Positions 28,250-42,840 of a stretch of DNA of 64,000 bases are shown piece after piece (positions within the stretch are counted from its first letter, which is position 1; every line of letters begins with the position of its first letter). Position numbers and translations under genes: made by a program. Source of the DNA: the human T2T-CHM13v2.0 reference genome, Homo sapiens; assembly GCF_009914755.1 (NCBI RefSeq), contig NC_060932.1; one strand, given 5' to 3'. The notes beneath the pieces were generated by a model. The model made no database searches, was not told where the DNA came from, and saw only the letters and a list, made by a program, of their open reading frames with translations.

Positions 28250-30287
28250 AAAAAAAATTCAATAGTTTTTGGGGAACAGGTAGTGTTTGGTTACATGGAT
28301 AAGTTCTTTAGTAATGATTTCTGAGATTTTGGTGCATGCATCACCCAAGCTGTGTACACTGTACACTGTACCCAATGTGTAGTCTTTTATCCCTCATCCC
28401 CCTACCACACTCCCCTCAAGTCTCCAAAGTCCATTGTATCATGCTTATGCCTTTGTGTCCTCAGAGTTTAGCTCCCACTTATAAGTGAGAACATACAATG
28501 TTTGGTTTTCCATTCCTGAGTTACTTAATGGTCTCCAACCCCATCCAGGTTACAGTGAATGCCATTATTTCATTCATTTTTCATGGCTGAGTAGAATTCT
28601 GTGGTGTATACATATACATATACACATACATACATACACACACACACACCCCACATTTTCTTTATCCACTCATTGATTGACGGGCATTTGGGCTGGTTCA
28701 GTATTTTTGCAATTGTGAATTGTGCTGCTATAAACATGCATGTGCAAATGTCTTTTTCATATAATGACTTATTTTCCTCTGGGTAGATACCTAGTAGTGG
28801 GATTGCTAGATCAAATGGTAGATCTACTTTTAGTTTCTAAGGAATTTCCACACCGTTTTCCATAGTGGTTTACTAGCTTACATTCCTATCAGCAGTGTAA
28901 AAGTGTTCCCTTCTTACCACATCCATGTTAACATCTGTTATTTTTTCATTTTTTAATTATGGTCATTCTTGCAGGAGTAAGGTGGTATCACATTGTGATT
29001 TTGATTTGCATTTGCCTGATAATTAGTGATGTTGAGCATTTTTTCATATGTTTGTTGGCCATTTGTATATCTCCTTTTGAGAATTGTCTACTCATGTCCT
29101 TACCCCCCTTTTGATGGGATTACTTTTTTTTTCTTGCTGATTTGTTTGAGTTTCTTGTAGATTCTGGATATTAGTCCTTTGCCAAATGCATAGTTTGTGA
29201 AGATTTTCTTCCACTCTGTGGATTGTCTGTTTAATCTGCTGATTATTTCTTTTGCTGTGCAGAATCTTTTTAGTTTAATTAAGTCCCATCTATTTATCTT
29301 TGTTTCTGTTACATTTGCTTTTGGGGTTCTTTCTCATGAAGTTTTTGCCTAAGCCAATGTCTAGAAGTGTTTTTCCAATGTTATCTTCTAGAATTTTCAT
29401 GGTTTCAGGTCTTAGATTTAAGTCTTTGACCCATCCTGAGTTGACTTTTGTATAAGGTGAGAGAAGGGAATCCAGTTTCATTCTTCTACATGTGGCTTGC
29501 CAATTATCCCAGCACCATTTTTGAATAGGGTATCCTTTCCTCATTTCATGATTTTGTTTGCTTTGTCAAAGGTCAATTGGCTGTAACTATTTGGATTTAG
29601 TTCTGGGTCCTCTATTCTGTTCCATTGATCTATGTGCCTATTTTCATGTCAGTACCATGCTGTTTTGGTGACTATAGCCTTATAGCATAGTTTGAAGTTG
29701 GGTAATGTGATGCCTCCAGATTTGTTCTTTTTGCTTAGTCTTGCTTTGGCTCTGGGGGGCTCTTCTTTGGTTTCATTTGAATTTTAGGCCTGTTTTTACA
29801 GTTCTGTGAAGAATGTTAATGGTATTTTGATGGGAATTGCATTGAATTTGTAGATTGCTTTTGGCAGTATGATGATTTTTACACTATCAATTCTACCCAT
29901 CCCTGAGCATGCAATGTGCTTCCATTTATTTGTATCATCTATGATTTCTTTCAGCAGTGTTTCGTAGTTTTCCTTATAGAGGTCTTCCACCTCCTTGGCT
30001 AGGTATATTTCTAAATATTTTATTTTTGCAGCTAATGTAAAAAGGGTTGAGTTCTTGATTTGATTCTCATCTTGGTTGTTGTTGGTGTATAGCAGTGCTA
30101 CTGATTTGTGTATATTGATTTTGTATCCTGAAACTTTACTGAATTCATTTGTCAGATCTAGGAGTTTTTGGATGAGTCTTTAGCGTTTTTAAGGTATGTG
30201 ATCATATCATCGGCGAACAGTGACAGTCTGACTTCCTCTTTACTGATTTGGATGCTCTTTATTCCTTTCTCTTGTCTGATTGCTCTC
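28250..30287 (-). mobile_element. L1PB-type element, 5'-truncated (3' UTR plus C-terminal half of ORF2)
   Basis: L1PB 3' end (ttcaatagtttttggggaacagg..ttggttacatggataagttctttag). ORF2 peptides LFADDMI, DLYKENY, KWCWDNW with stops and frameshifts. Confidence 0.92.
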
Positions 30288-31249
30288 TTGTTTGCTGTTT
30301 GAAGTGGTTGGCTCATAAGATGGCAACCAGCAGCCACTGGAATAACAGGGTCTTTTGTTAATATCCAGAGGAGGAGAGAGAGAGGAATCACTGTTCAAGG
30401 ATGGAATATGTCTTTCACATTAGTCTGATTGAGCCAACTAAAGTCAGAAGCCCATTCCAACATCAGTAACAGTAGTGGCCTAAGAATTACCTGGGAGTAG
30501 CTTACATATGTAGAAAATTGCAGAGTCACTGTTATATTTCGTGCAACTTGGGAGAGCAACTTTCTAAAAGTATAAAAATATTTCTGTCATCAGTATGCAA
30601 GTAGTATGACCAAAAAAAAAATGGCTGTATCGAGTTTTCAGATAACTGAATCAGTGTCAGTAGTGTTGAGCCAAAAGTTACACTCCTGCTAAATTCAAAA
30701 TACTCCCAGTGCACTCACACAAAGATTTCATCTTTTAACTTTTCCTTCATTGTGTGTGAGCTGCCTACAATGAGGTGTTTAGGCCCCTCCCTCACGAAAA
30801 TCAATTGCTGGTGACTCTATCCTGTCACAGCTGCATGCCCCAGAACTTAACTCCCCATGTGTACACAGATTTGGTTTCCATCTGGGATCCCCACTAGGTT
30901 AGCAGCCTCCAACATAAAAAATAGAAATGAATCTGAATGATTCAATAGACTGCATATAACCAAGTCTAAATGATTGTAAATGATTGTTCAAGCTAAAATC
31001 CATTTCCCAAATGGTCAGATTGATGTCATCTGATTAAAGCATGCCATGTTGGACTTTAAAGGCCAGTTTTTTATAAGACTTTGTGATTTAAGGCAATGAA
31101 TTGAGTTTATAAATCTTTCAGATGTCAGTTGCCTGAGAGTATTAGCTTCTGAGGGTTAGTTTAGATTACACATTCTCCAGTTCATAGACCCATGCCAACT
31201 GGAGTCAGTGAATGTATAAATAATGAAAGCTCATTTATTAAGTAATAAT

Positions 31250-31660
31250 TTATTAAACACCTATGATATGCCAGGCACTGTACTAGGACAAGGCCATTCC
31301 ATTCTCAGTTGTGAATTGACATATATTTAGTTAATACTGAAATAATTTTTTTTTTAACATAGAGATCCGCAAAGTGCTTTGGAGCCATGCAGACTAAGTG
31401 GTACATTCTTTCTGAAGATGTCAGGACAGCCTTTACAGAGAAAGCAACATTCAAGAAAGGTTTTTAACATGAGTAAAATCTTGAAAAAAAGAGAAAAGAA
31501 CCAAAAGAAAGTATTTTCAGGAAAAGGGAATTTCATGGACAAAAGCATAAAATATAAACAAGTATAATAATTTCACAGAATGTTAATGGGCAGAAAATTT
31601 GTTAAGATGATTTTAGGAAAGGAATAGATAGGTGATGTGGAAATCAGTAAGCAACTGGAT
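31250..31660 (-). mobile_element. L2 fragment
   Basis: tttattaaacacctatgatatgccaggcactgtactagg, followed by purine-rich L2 antisense body. Confidence 0.55.
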
Positions 31661-31678
31661 TGAGATACTAAAGACATG

Positions 31679-32749
31679 TATCGGGGACCTGCCCCGATAA
31701 TCATGTAGGTTCTTTTCTATTTTTCCTAAGCGTCAGCTGGCTTGAGAAATAAAGGGACAGAGTACAAAAGAGAAAAATTTTAAAGCCGGACGTCCGGGGG
31801 AGGCATCACACATTGGTAGGATCCGTGATGCCCCCCAAGCCACAAAAACCAGCAAGTTTTTATTAGGGATTTTCAAAAGGGGAGGGAGTGTGTGAATAGG
31901 TGTGGTTGACAGACATCAAGTACTTAACAGGGTAATAGAATATCACAAGGCAAGTGGAGACAAGGTGAGATCACAGGACCACAAGACCGAGGTGAAATTA
32001 AAATTGCTAATGAAGTTTCGGGCACCATTGTCATTGATAACATCTTATCAGGAGACAGAGTTTTGAGATCAACCGGTCTGACCAAAATTTATTCGGCTGG
32101 AATTTCCTCTTCCTAATAAGCCTGGGAGCGCTATGGGAGACTGGGGTCTATTTCACCCCTGCAGCCTCAACCATAAGAGACAGGCCATGCCCAGGGGGGC
32201 TGTTTATAAGCCGATACCTCCAGGCGCGTATTCTCTTTCTCAGGGACGTTCCATGCTGAGAAAAAGAATTCAGCGATATTTCTCCCATTTGCTTTTGAAA
32301 GAAGAGAAATATGGCTCTGTCCTGCCCGGCTCACTGGCGGTCAGAGTTTAAGGTTATCTCTCTTATTCCCTGAACAATTGCTGTTATCCTGTTCTTTTTT
32401 CAAGGTGCTCAGATTTCATATTGCTCAAACACACATGCTGTACAATTTGTGCAGTTAATGCAATTATTACAGGGTCCTGAGGTGACATACATCCTTCTCG
32501 GCTGACAGGATTAAGAGATTAAAGTAAAGACAGGCATAGGAAATCACAAGGGTATTGATTGGAGAAGTGATAAGTGTCCATGAAATCTTCACAACATATG
32601 TTTAGAGATTGCAGTAAAGACAGGCATAAGAAATTACAAAAGTATTAATTTGGGGAACTAATAAATGTCCATAAAATCTTCACAATCCATGTTCTTCTGT
32701 CATGGCTTCAGCCGGTCCCTCCGTTTGGGGTCCCTGACTTCCTGCAACA
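31679..32749 (-). mobile_element. MER11 solo LTR (HERV-K11/HML-8), full length, 1071 bp
   Basis: Reverse complement begins TGTTGCAGGAAGTCAGGGACCCCAAACGGAGGGACCGGC (MER11 start) and ends ..ggggcaggtccccgata. Perfect 6-bp TSD gacatg at 31673-31678 and 32750-32755. Confidence 0.92.
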
Positions 32750-33109
32750 GACATGGGTTGGAAATTTTATTCTGTCACTTAATATCTAGGTCTCTCTTCA
32801 ACTGTAGATTATGGATGTTAATCTACCTTAACTGTTTAACAAAATAATTGCTGACCATGCTGCAGCAGGTAGAACCCTTGCCTTAAGATTTAGCAAATAC
32901 TGATTCTCCAAACTGTGACACTGGCACCTAAGAGGGTACCTTGGTGGGACCAATCCCAGCCATCCTTTCATCTACTGTGAGGAGGGATTTGGACACTAGC
33001 CTGTATTTATGTGTTATGATACTTTGCACCAATACTCAACAGATACAAAGGCTGCAACATTTTTGGAATAGTTGATTTATTATTAAGACAAAAATAGGTA
33101 AAGGTAATA

Positions 33110-33390
33110 CTTGACTGAATCCTAGACATGGTTAAAAAAAAATCTGTATACAGTTTGAGGCCACTTCAGAAAATTTGAATATGGAGTCAATAGTACTGTA
33201 TCAATGTTAAACTTTTTCATTTTGACAAATGTACTGTGGTTATTTAAGACAATTTACATTCTTAGGAAATGCATGATGAAGTATTTAGGGGTAAAGGAGC
33301 ATGACGTCTTCAAAATACCTCAAATGGGTACAGTAATTTCTTGTTCTCTTCTTGCAATGTTTCTGTAAGTTTTAAATGCCATTTTAAAAA
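33110..33390 (+). mobile_element. Old L1M (L1MC/ME) 3' fragment
   Basis: aaaatttgaatatgga..gtactgtatcaatgttaaa..tgaagtatttaggggtaaag..ttgcaatgtttctgtaagttt. Confidence 0.65.
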
Positions 33391-34466
33391 GGAGAAAAGG
33401 TGATTAAGGTTTCATACCATCCAATAAGCCATTAATTCATTTGTCACATCCACCTGGGGACAATGACAATGGAAGTGACTCCAAGGGAATTTTCAGAAAC
33501 TATGAAAGAAGACACCTCCTTGGGCAGGCAAATCTTTGATCCCTTCACAAGTTGATAGCTGCCCACAACATCACTACTACTACTAGTGTTAACTCTGTCT
33601 GCCTTGAAAAATTGACTGAATTTTTGATATAACCTAATTCTTACTGTGAATTGTTACTCACTCAGTTTGAACTGAATTTTTTTTCTTTTTTCAGATTGGT
33701 CCAAGCATACTTCTTTGAGTACACTTCTTCCCCAGATTCCTGGTGTTTGGCAAGTCTTATCACTTAATAAGGAATCATGAACTAATCTGCCACTTGGTAG
33801 GATAAGCTACTCAGATTTTTCATTCATTGAAGTCCTCTAATTTTCAGTTTCAGTTGTAAAATGGAGATATTAATTCCTGCCCCCCTTATCTTAAAGGATT
33901 GCGAGGAGCACAAACAGGAATAACAGGTATGTAGGTTTTTGCAAACTCTAAAATCTGACACAAGTTAGGAATTTGTATAATTTAATTGTGATGTCAGAAT
34001 CAAAGGCTCACATGAAGTTTAACCCTTCCTATCCTCTACTCTGGATTATTCCTGGGGCCTGAACTGTTTGAATTTTGAGGTACTTTGATTCCTACTATTA
34101 AACTATCTCATGGAGCATTTTTCCTATACAAATATAACAAATGCTGAACATTTTCTGTCCACAGTACTACATGAAATGTAATGCAGATAAATTACTGAAT
34201 GAATAAATATTTTAGAGCAAGCTAGAATGACACCACCCCAAAAAACTAACAAAGAATGTTTGACTTTCTTATGCACATTGATTTGAGTTGTACTTGGTTT
34301 CGGAGATCACTAATGAAAAATTCATTTTACATTTATGTGTTTGGATCAAGTATGGCTTGCTCTACTTCTTAAATCCCATAAATTTCATCCCAAGGTAAAT
34401 TTTTAAAGATTAAAATAAATCCTATGATAAAAGGGTTTTTGTTTTTCTAAAATATTTTCATTTTTA

Positions 34467-34658
<192 letters not shown>

Positions 34659-34699
34659 TTAAAAATCAGACTCATGTACAGTAAAAAAAAAAAAAAGGT

Positions 34700-35655
<956 letters not shown>

Positions 35656-35829
35656 AAAAGTCACATTATTTTAAATTGCAGCTTCTTTATTTCTCCCTCT
35701 CCTCTACTTGTACGTTTTTCTGTAAGTTTTTTTTTTCATGACCTTTGTCCATTTTTTTAATTGCTTGAGTTTTCTTAAAACTTTATGGAAGTTTTTTATA
35801 TATTTTAAATATCCCTTGTATATTTGTAG

Positions 35830-36172
<343 letters not shown>

Positions 36173-36701
36173 TTTATGATATCTTTTATTGCACAGAAGT
36201 TTAATTCTTTAGTTTTCAGGTGATATTTATCTGAATGTGAGAAATTTCTAACCAAAGAATCAGAACCCTTAGGACCAGTGATCCTAGTAAATCATTTTAC
36301 ACAGACATTCTAGTGGAAAAAGGCAAGATAAAAATCCCTTTAAATAATATCTTAATTTCTTCAAGTTTCAACATATGTTCTCTTAATTATCAGAAAAAAC
36401 AGTTATTTTTCTTTTTCTAAAAATCTTAGCCCAGAACCAGAGCACAGATCTCCATGATAATCGATTTTCATTGGAATCCATTTGATTTCACTTTTCTGCA
36501 GTTAGTTTGTACATATGTTGACCCTTCCTTCTTTTCCATTTTCCATTGCAATTCTCTCCCTCTTTGTACCTTTTCTAGAAATCTAAGAGTATTTTTCAAC
36601 TGTTCATGTGGTATGTCATGAATAAGCCCTAAAGGTTCTAGTTCAATGGCTAGTGAAATGTTCCCAAATTCTATTTATCCAGTTTTCTAACTGGATAAAA
36701 T

Positions 36702-36900
36702 CTTGCATGTTCTTACTCATATGTTGGAGCTATAAAAAGTGGATCTCATGAAGATAGAGTGCATATTGGCAGTTACAAGAGGCTGGGAAAAGGAAGAAGG
36801 GAGGATGAAGGGGGGAGTATATATATGTATTTATTACCAATGAATTGTACACTTAAAAATGATAAAGATGGTAAATTATATATATATATAATAAATAAAT
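36702..36900 (+). mobile_element. L1MA-type 3' end fragment
   Basis: gcatgttcttactcatatgttggagcta..gttacaagaggctgggaa..gaattgtacacttaaaaatg. Confidence 0.65.
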
Positions 36901-37269
36901 ATCTGCTTCTGCAGAAGGAAAGGAATAAAGAGCTTCCAGTCAACTTATTAGACATAACTTATTTCCTTTAGATGGTACACATCTAAAATTAGAAGGGTTT
37001 TTTACTCTTGGCCTGGCCCAGGAGTGCCACAACCACAGAGTGAACATGGAAGAAGTATTGATCCAGTCTACCATGGTTCAGAGATGCATGTTTGTATTTT
37101 ACACTATGTGTGTCACATGGTCAGAGCTAGTGACAGGTAAAATTAGGAAGGAGGCCATGTTTGTCTTAGTATCATTTTGCTATCTTCCCCCAAGAGTCCC
37201 ACCCCCTGCTCCTTCCCTTTGTCCAGGCAAATAAAGGGACCCCAAGCATGGATATCCAACCAGGATAAC

Positions 37270-37645
37270 TGTTATGGTTTGGCTCTGTGTCCCCACCCAG
37301 ATCTCATCTTGAATTGTACTCCCATAATTCTCACATTTTGTGGGAGGGACCCGATGGGAGATAATTGAATCATGGAGGCAGTTTCCCCCATACTGTTCTC
37401 ATGGTAGTGAATAAGCGTCACAAGATCTGATGGTTTTATCAGGAGTTTCTGCTTTTGCGACTTCCTCATTCTCTCTTTGCCTGCTGCCATTCATGTAAGA
37501 TGGGACTTGCTCCTCCTTGCCTTCTACCATGACTGTGAGGCTTCCCCAGCCATGTGGAACTGTAAGTCCAATTAAACCTCTTTCTTTTATAAATTGCACA
37601 GTCCTGGGTATGTCTTTATCAGCAGCATGGAAATGAACTAATACA
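37270..37645 (+). mobile_element. THE1-family MaLR solo LTR
   Basis: tgttatggtttggctctgtgtccccaccc...ccaattaaacctctttc...actaataca. 5-bp TSD ataac/atagc. Confidence 0.92.
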
Positions 37646-38050
37646 ATAGCTCTCCAGTTTCACCCTGGTTCCTCTCTCTGACTAAATTTTAAAAATACTT
37701 GTTTCAATTGGACTGTAAGCTCCATAAAAACAGGGATCAGCTCTGTCATTGAATACTCAATGTTTACTGTATAGCAGGGGCTCCATAAATATTTGTAAAA
37801 TTAATGTTTCAGATTTCAGGCCTTTTTAAATGAATGGGGCTTTTCTCCTTGCACCACAAAGTCTATTCTCAGAATGATTTATTTCACAACAGTGCTTTAG
37901 AATTCAACAACAGCTTAGTCGAAAGGAGAAAAACTTTAATATAAACATTTCAAATGTGAAGGCAAGTAGACGGGCTCTCCAATGTCCTATACCGTATTAT
38001 AGACAATTATCTGCTTTTCCTTTCAAGCCAAGCTCTGAACTCAACCATCC

Positions 38051-38353
38051 TTCTTTTATTTTTTATTTTTATTTTTTTGAGACTGCATTTCACTGTTGCC
38101 CAGGCTGGAGTACAGTGGTGTGATCAAGGCTCACTATAGCCTTGAACTACCAGGCTCAAGCAATCCTCCCACCTCAGTCTCCTGAGCAGCTGAGACTACA
38201 AGCAGGCACCACAATGCCCAGCTATTTTCTTTTTCAGAGACAGGGTCTCACCATTTTGCTCAGGCTGGTCTCAAAGCTCCTGGGCTCAAGCAATCCTCCT
38301 GCCTCAGCCTCCCAAAGTGTTGGGATTACAGGCATGAGCCACTGCACCCAGCC
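38051..38353 (-). mobile_element. AluJ
   Basis: J diagnostics (ctcctgggctcaagcaatcctcc). Shortened linker. Confidence 0.9.
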
Positions 38354-40623
38354 AACCATGTATCATTTATTCTTGTTCTACAAACCTGCTATTTTTTGGA
38401 AAGTGTCCTTCCATGGCATGATACATTTTAACACTTGTAAGCATGCACAGCTGGAGTGCTTTGCTACATTTCTATACATACATGTCTGTACATGCATATG
38501 TAACATTTAATGGATCAGAATGACCAAAGGAAGGAGAGAAGGGAGGAAGAGAAAGAGGGAAGAAAAGCAAGGAGGAAAGAAAGAAGGGAAGGAGAGAGGA
38601 ATATAACTTACAAACATGAGTTTAGGTTACTTAGACATAAAGTTGGATCACATTTTCTAATTATTTAATTTGTAAACCATTTTATTGACATATGATTGAT
38701 ATATACAGTTGTAGATATTTAATGTATACTTTTAAAGACACTATGCAGGTGTTAAAAATGAAATAGGGCAAAGCAAAGGAAAGCAAATCTATGGAATTAT
38801 AATATGAATATACTGATTAGCAATTGCTAAATAATGCTGTAGCCTTGAACATTCACATATGTGAAAAAGGAATGATTTGAGGAAGCAAAGTGATGAAGTA
38901 AAAGGTGCCTGGTTTTATAATCAAACAGGCTGGATTTAAACCCTGATTCTGCCACTAGATTTAAAATCCAACTCTTCATCTCAGAGCTTCCATCTATAAG
39001 TTAGGGGTGATAAAATGAAATAGTGTGTATAAAAAGTGCCTGGATCATGGAAGTGTCAATAAATAACAGGCTTAATTATGTTTAAATATTTGGTTATTTA
39101 CAGACAAATCAAATGTCAAACAAAAGATTAATGAACTTTTTTCCCTAAGCTGATCATTCAAGTACACTAGATCCCTTCTGAAATACCAATCGTCAGAAAA
39201 CAGAATTTGACACTAGCCACCCACGAGTTTAAAGGACCGCTGCAAGATGCATTTCTACCCAAAACACTTTCTGTCTCTGTCCTGACTCGAGGGCATTTGT
39301 CAGGAGATTTCATTAGAGTTGGCTGGAGTTTTATGAAGATAAAAGAGAAAACATTTAGAACTACTCTGTAATGAGCACATCAAATGCTCATTTATTCTGT
39401 ACAACAATTCTAAGAGGTAGATATTATAGTCCCTGTGTTATGTATGCGGCAACTCTATTCTATTGAATGGAAGTAACTCATCCAAATTACCTAAATTCTG
39501 TCAGCTTGTCAGTGGTAAAGACAGGATTCAAATTAGGCTGACTGCAAGCCTACTACCTTTCTGTCACATAATAATGCCAATGAGAGTCAATCTCAAACAG
39601 GAAGTCTTCTAGTTCTCAATGTGACAACAGTTCAGTGCATGCCAAGTTTAGAGAACAGACTTTTAGGCACCATGAAATCAAATGAGATAACATTAAAACT
39701 TTATTTCTGATTATTTCAGGAGAATTTTAAAGATCAGAACTCATAATAGATCAAAAACAATAACGCTGCCATGATGCCATAGAATGTTGGTTTGGTAGCC
39801 ATGAGTGCTAAATCTAATTGTCTTTTTTATTGTAGTCTTGGAAACTGTTTGTAAAACTCTCTGTGACATAGGTTCAAATTCTCTGTTTTCCAGAGAATGT
39901 TTTTCTCCCAGTCCATTTCAAGATGCAACAGATGTTCCTTCTAAATGATTCATTACTTGAAACTTAGAGAATGCCTTTCAGGAAGTCAGTTTCTTTACTC
40001 TCTCTTGCTGAGCATCAGTTGACACATTTTTTAAATTTAATTTGGTGGAAATTTTTTTTAACAGCCCTATTGATGTACAATTGATATATAAAAATTGTAC
40101 ATAATGTATACAATTTCATTAGTGTGAATATATGCATATATCTAATACATTTTATGTGGCGAGTTTTGGCTTTTTTTCCACTTTTCTCAAGAGAGTGAAA
40201 GGTCAGAATGTTGTGCAGCACTCTGTCATCATTCATGCACAATACATCCACTGGTCATTCCTAAGCATTCATCTTCTGAGGTAGTGTTCATAAAATATCT
40301 ACACAATTACCCCACAGCAAAAGAAGTCTTAGTCTGTTTTTCATGTTAAAACAGCTAAAACCTGAATCATAAAGTTTCCAATATTGATAACTTTAAAGTT
40401 TCCATTACAGATATCTCCACAGGGTTTCTCTAGTTGTTTCCAGAATGCATAATCTTTGTGTTTTTGCATCAGAAGTTCTGTTGACTAGGACTATCGTAGG
40501 CCAGTTCTTCACATTTTCTTCCTTAAAATCTTAGACATGTTGCAAGTTGGTATTAAGGCAATTCAAAGTGAATGAATGGATGCCTAGATAGCTTCAGGGA
40601 GGCATTAAAACAAACAAAGGATG

Positions 40624-40904
40624 ACTGTAATCCCAGCATTTTGGGAGGCTGAAGCAGGCAGATCATGAGGTCAGGAGTTTGAGACCAGCCTAGCCAATAT
40701 AGTGAAACCCCACCTCTACTAAAAATAGAAAAATTAGCCAGGCGTGGCTGTAGTCCCAGCTACTCGGGAGGCTGAGGCACAAGACTCGCTTGAACCTGGA
40801 GAGGCGGAGGTTGCAGTGAGCTGAGATCACACCACTGCACTCCAGCCTGGGCAAAAGAGCGAGACTACATCTCGAAAAAAACAAAACAAAACAAAACCAG
40901 AAAC
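40624..40904 (+). mobile_element. AluSg-like, 5'-truncated
   Basis: Begins at ctgtaatcccagc. TSD acaaaggatg at 40614-40623 and 40905-40914. About 10 bp deleted in the right arm (ggcgtgg|ctgtagtccc). Confidence 0.92.
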
Positions 40905-41351
40905 ACAAAGGATGCGCTATTGCTTAACAGGAATTCAATTACATGAAGGGTAACTGAAATATCTTTAAATAATAATGAAAATAATAATATGAGGTGCAAT
41001 TACTGAAATACTATGTGTTTAATATACCAAGAGGATAGCATTTATCTCACTTGATCCTTTTAAAATTTTGGTAATATTATTATTCCCATCTTACAATTGA
41101 ATAAAATGAGACTTGGGAAATTCAGTAATTTAAGTTTCCACATCTAATAAGTGATAAAAGCAACATGTAATTCTAAGTCTGTCTGACTCCTAGGCTCAGG
41201 CTCTTAACCACTTAACCACACTACCTTTCTAAAACTTTAGTGTGTGTGTGTTTGCTACCCTGTGAATACCATATTTACATTGCGTGTCCCTTAAAAAACA
41301 ATTAGGATATCCTTTTTTTTTTGTTGTTGTTGTTGTTGTTATGATTGTTCG

Positions 41352-41446
41352 ATTTTATTTATTTATTTTTTTTTATTTTTCTTTTCTTTTTTTATTATAC
41401 TTTAGGTTTTAGGGTACATGTGCACACTGTGCAGGTTAGTTACATA
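41352..41446 (-). mobile_element. Very short young L1 (L1HS/L1PA2-like) 3' end plus A tail
   Basis: ttattatactttaggttttagggtacatgtgcacactgtgcaggttagttacata, preceded by a T-rich tail. Confidence 0.85.
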
Positions 41447-41726
41447 GTTGTACACATTAAAGAAAGCAAAATAATTTGAATTTTTCCTTTATATAAGCTC
41501 TCATTCTTGCCACTATTTTGTCTTTCTATCAGAACCAAGCTAGAATGCATTTAAAAATAGTGCTGCCATAATATATACAACATTCATTTCACAAACATTT
41601 TCTAAGCATTTACAATGTGCTAGGTCCAGTATTAGGTCCTGGGGATACATGCATGCAGCCTACACAGTCCTCCTAAGGAAACAAACTGTTATGTATATTT
41701 AGGGCTTGTTCTAAGTGCTAGGTATT

Positions 41727-42087
41727 TATATTAGTCCATTCTCACACTGCTATCAGGAAATGCCTGAGACTGGGTAATTTATAAAGAAAAGAGGTTTAAC
41801 TGACTCACAGTTCCGCATGGCTGTTGAGGCCTCAGGAAACTTACAATCAAGGCAGAAGGCAAAGGGGAAGCAAGGCACCTTCTTCACAAGGCAGCAGGAG
41901 AGAAGTGAGAGTGAGCACAGGAAAAATTGCAACTTTTAAAACCATCAGATCTCGTGAGACTCATTCACTATCATGAGAACAGCGCAGGGGAAACCACTTC
42001 CATAATCCAATCACTTTTCTCCCTCAACAGGTGGTGATTACAATTCCAGAAGAGATTTGGGTTAGGACACACAGCCAAACCATATCA
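41727..42087 (-). mobile_element. THE1/MST-family MaLR solo LTR
   Basis: tattagtccattctcacactgctat...gaggtttaactgactcacagttcc...acagccaaaccatatca. Perfect 5-bp TSD gtatt at 41722-41726 and 42088-42092. Confidence 0.92.
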
Positions 42088-42159
42088 GTATTTAAACTTA
42101 AACAACACAGCGTGCCCTCCTAGGCATCACATACCCTAATCATCATACCTGAACAAGAG

Positions 42160-42840
42160 TCACTTGATCAGAAAACATTTGCTAAATTCCTGCTATGTAC
42201 CAGGGACAGTATTAGGTGCTAGTAATACAATGCAGAACAAGTTAGACACTACCCTTACCTTCACGGGGGTTACAAACTAATGTGTGTGTTTGGGGGAGGC
42301 GCTTCAACAAGGTACATAGCCCAGTCTTGAAGAGGGGATGAGAGCAAGTAGTAGTAGTTACCCATATGGATGTGGAGAAGGGAATAAGCCTCTTCACGCA
42401 GCAGGAAAAATTTCACTCTGCAAAGTTTCTGAGCTAAGACAGAGCTCAGTGCCAGTATGTCTGCAGTACAGAATTTGATGCGAGAAAGGAAAAGTATTCA
42501 ATTGATATTATTTCATCCAATCATTCAATTCATATTAGCCATATTAGAGAGTTTGGACTTTATCCTGAGAACAATAGGACGTCTGTAACAGGTTTTAAGC
42601 CAAAAAAATAAATAAATGACACAATCAGATCTACTTAAAAAAAAAGTATTCTAGCAGCAGACTAAAGAATGAATTAGAGGGGAGCTAAACTCAGGGTAGG
42701 AAGATCAGTAGGAGATATTTGTAATAATTCAAGTGAGAGATGTTCAAAGTCTAACCTAGAGTGATGACCATAGGATTAGATAGAGACAGATTTCATAGAT
42801 ATAAATGGTATACAATCCAAAACGATAGCTATATAATTCC
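42160..42840 (-). mobile_element. L2 fragment
   Basis: aaacatttgctaaattcctgctatgtaccagggacagtattaggtgct..gagtttggactttatcctgag..aggttttaagc. Confidence 0.65.

Noticed and set aside
32514-32685. ~90-bp direct repeat as a novel array
   Set aside because: It lies inside the MER11 LTR and is, as far as I recall, part of the family structure.
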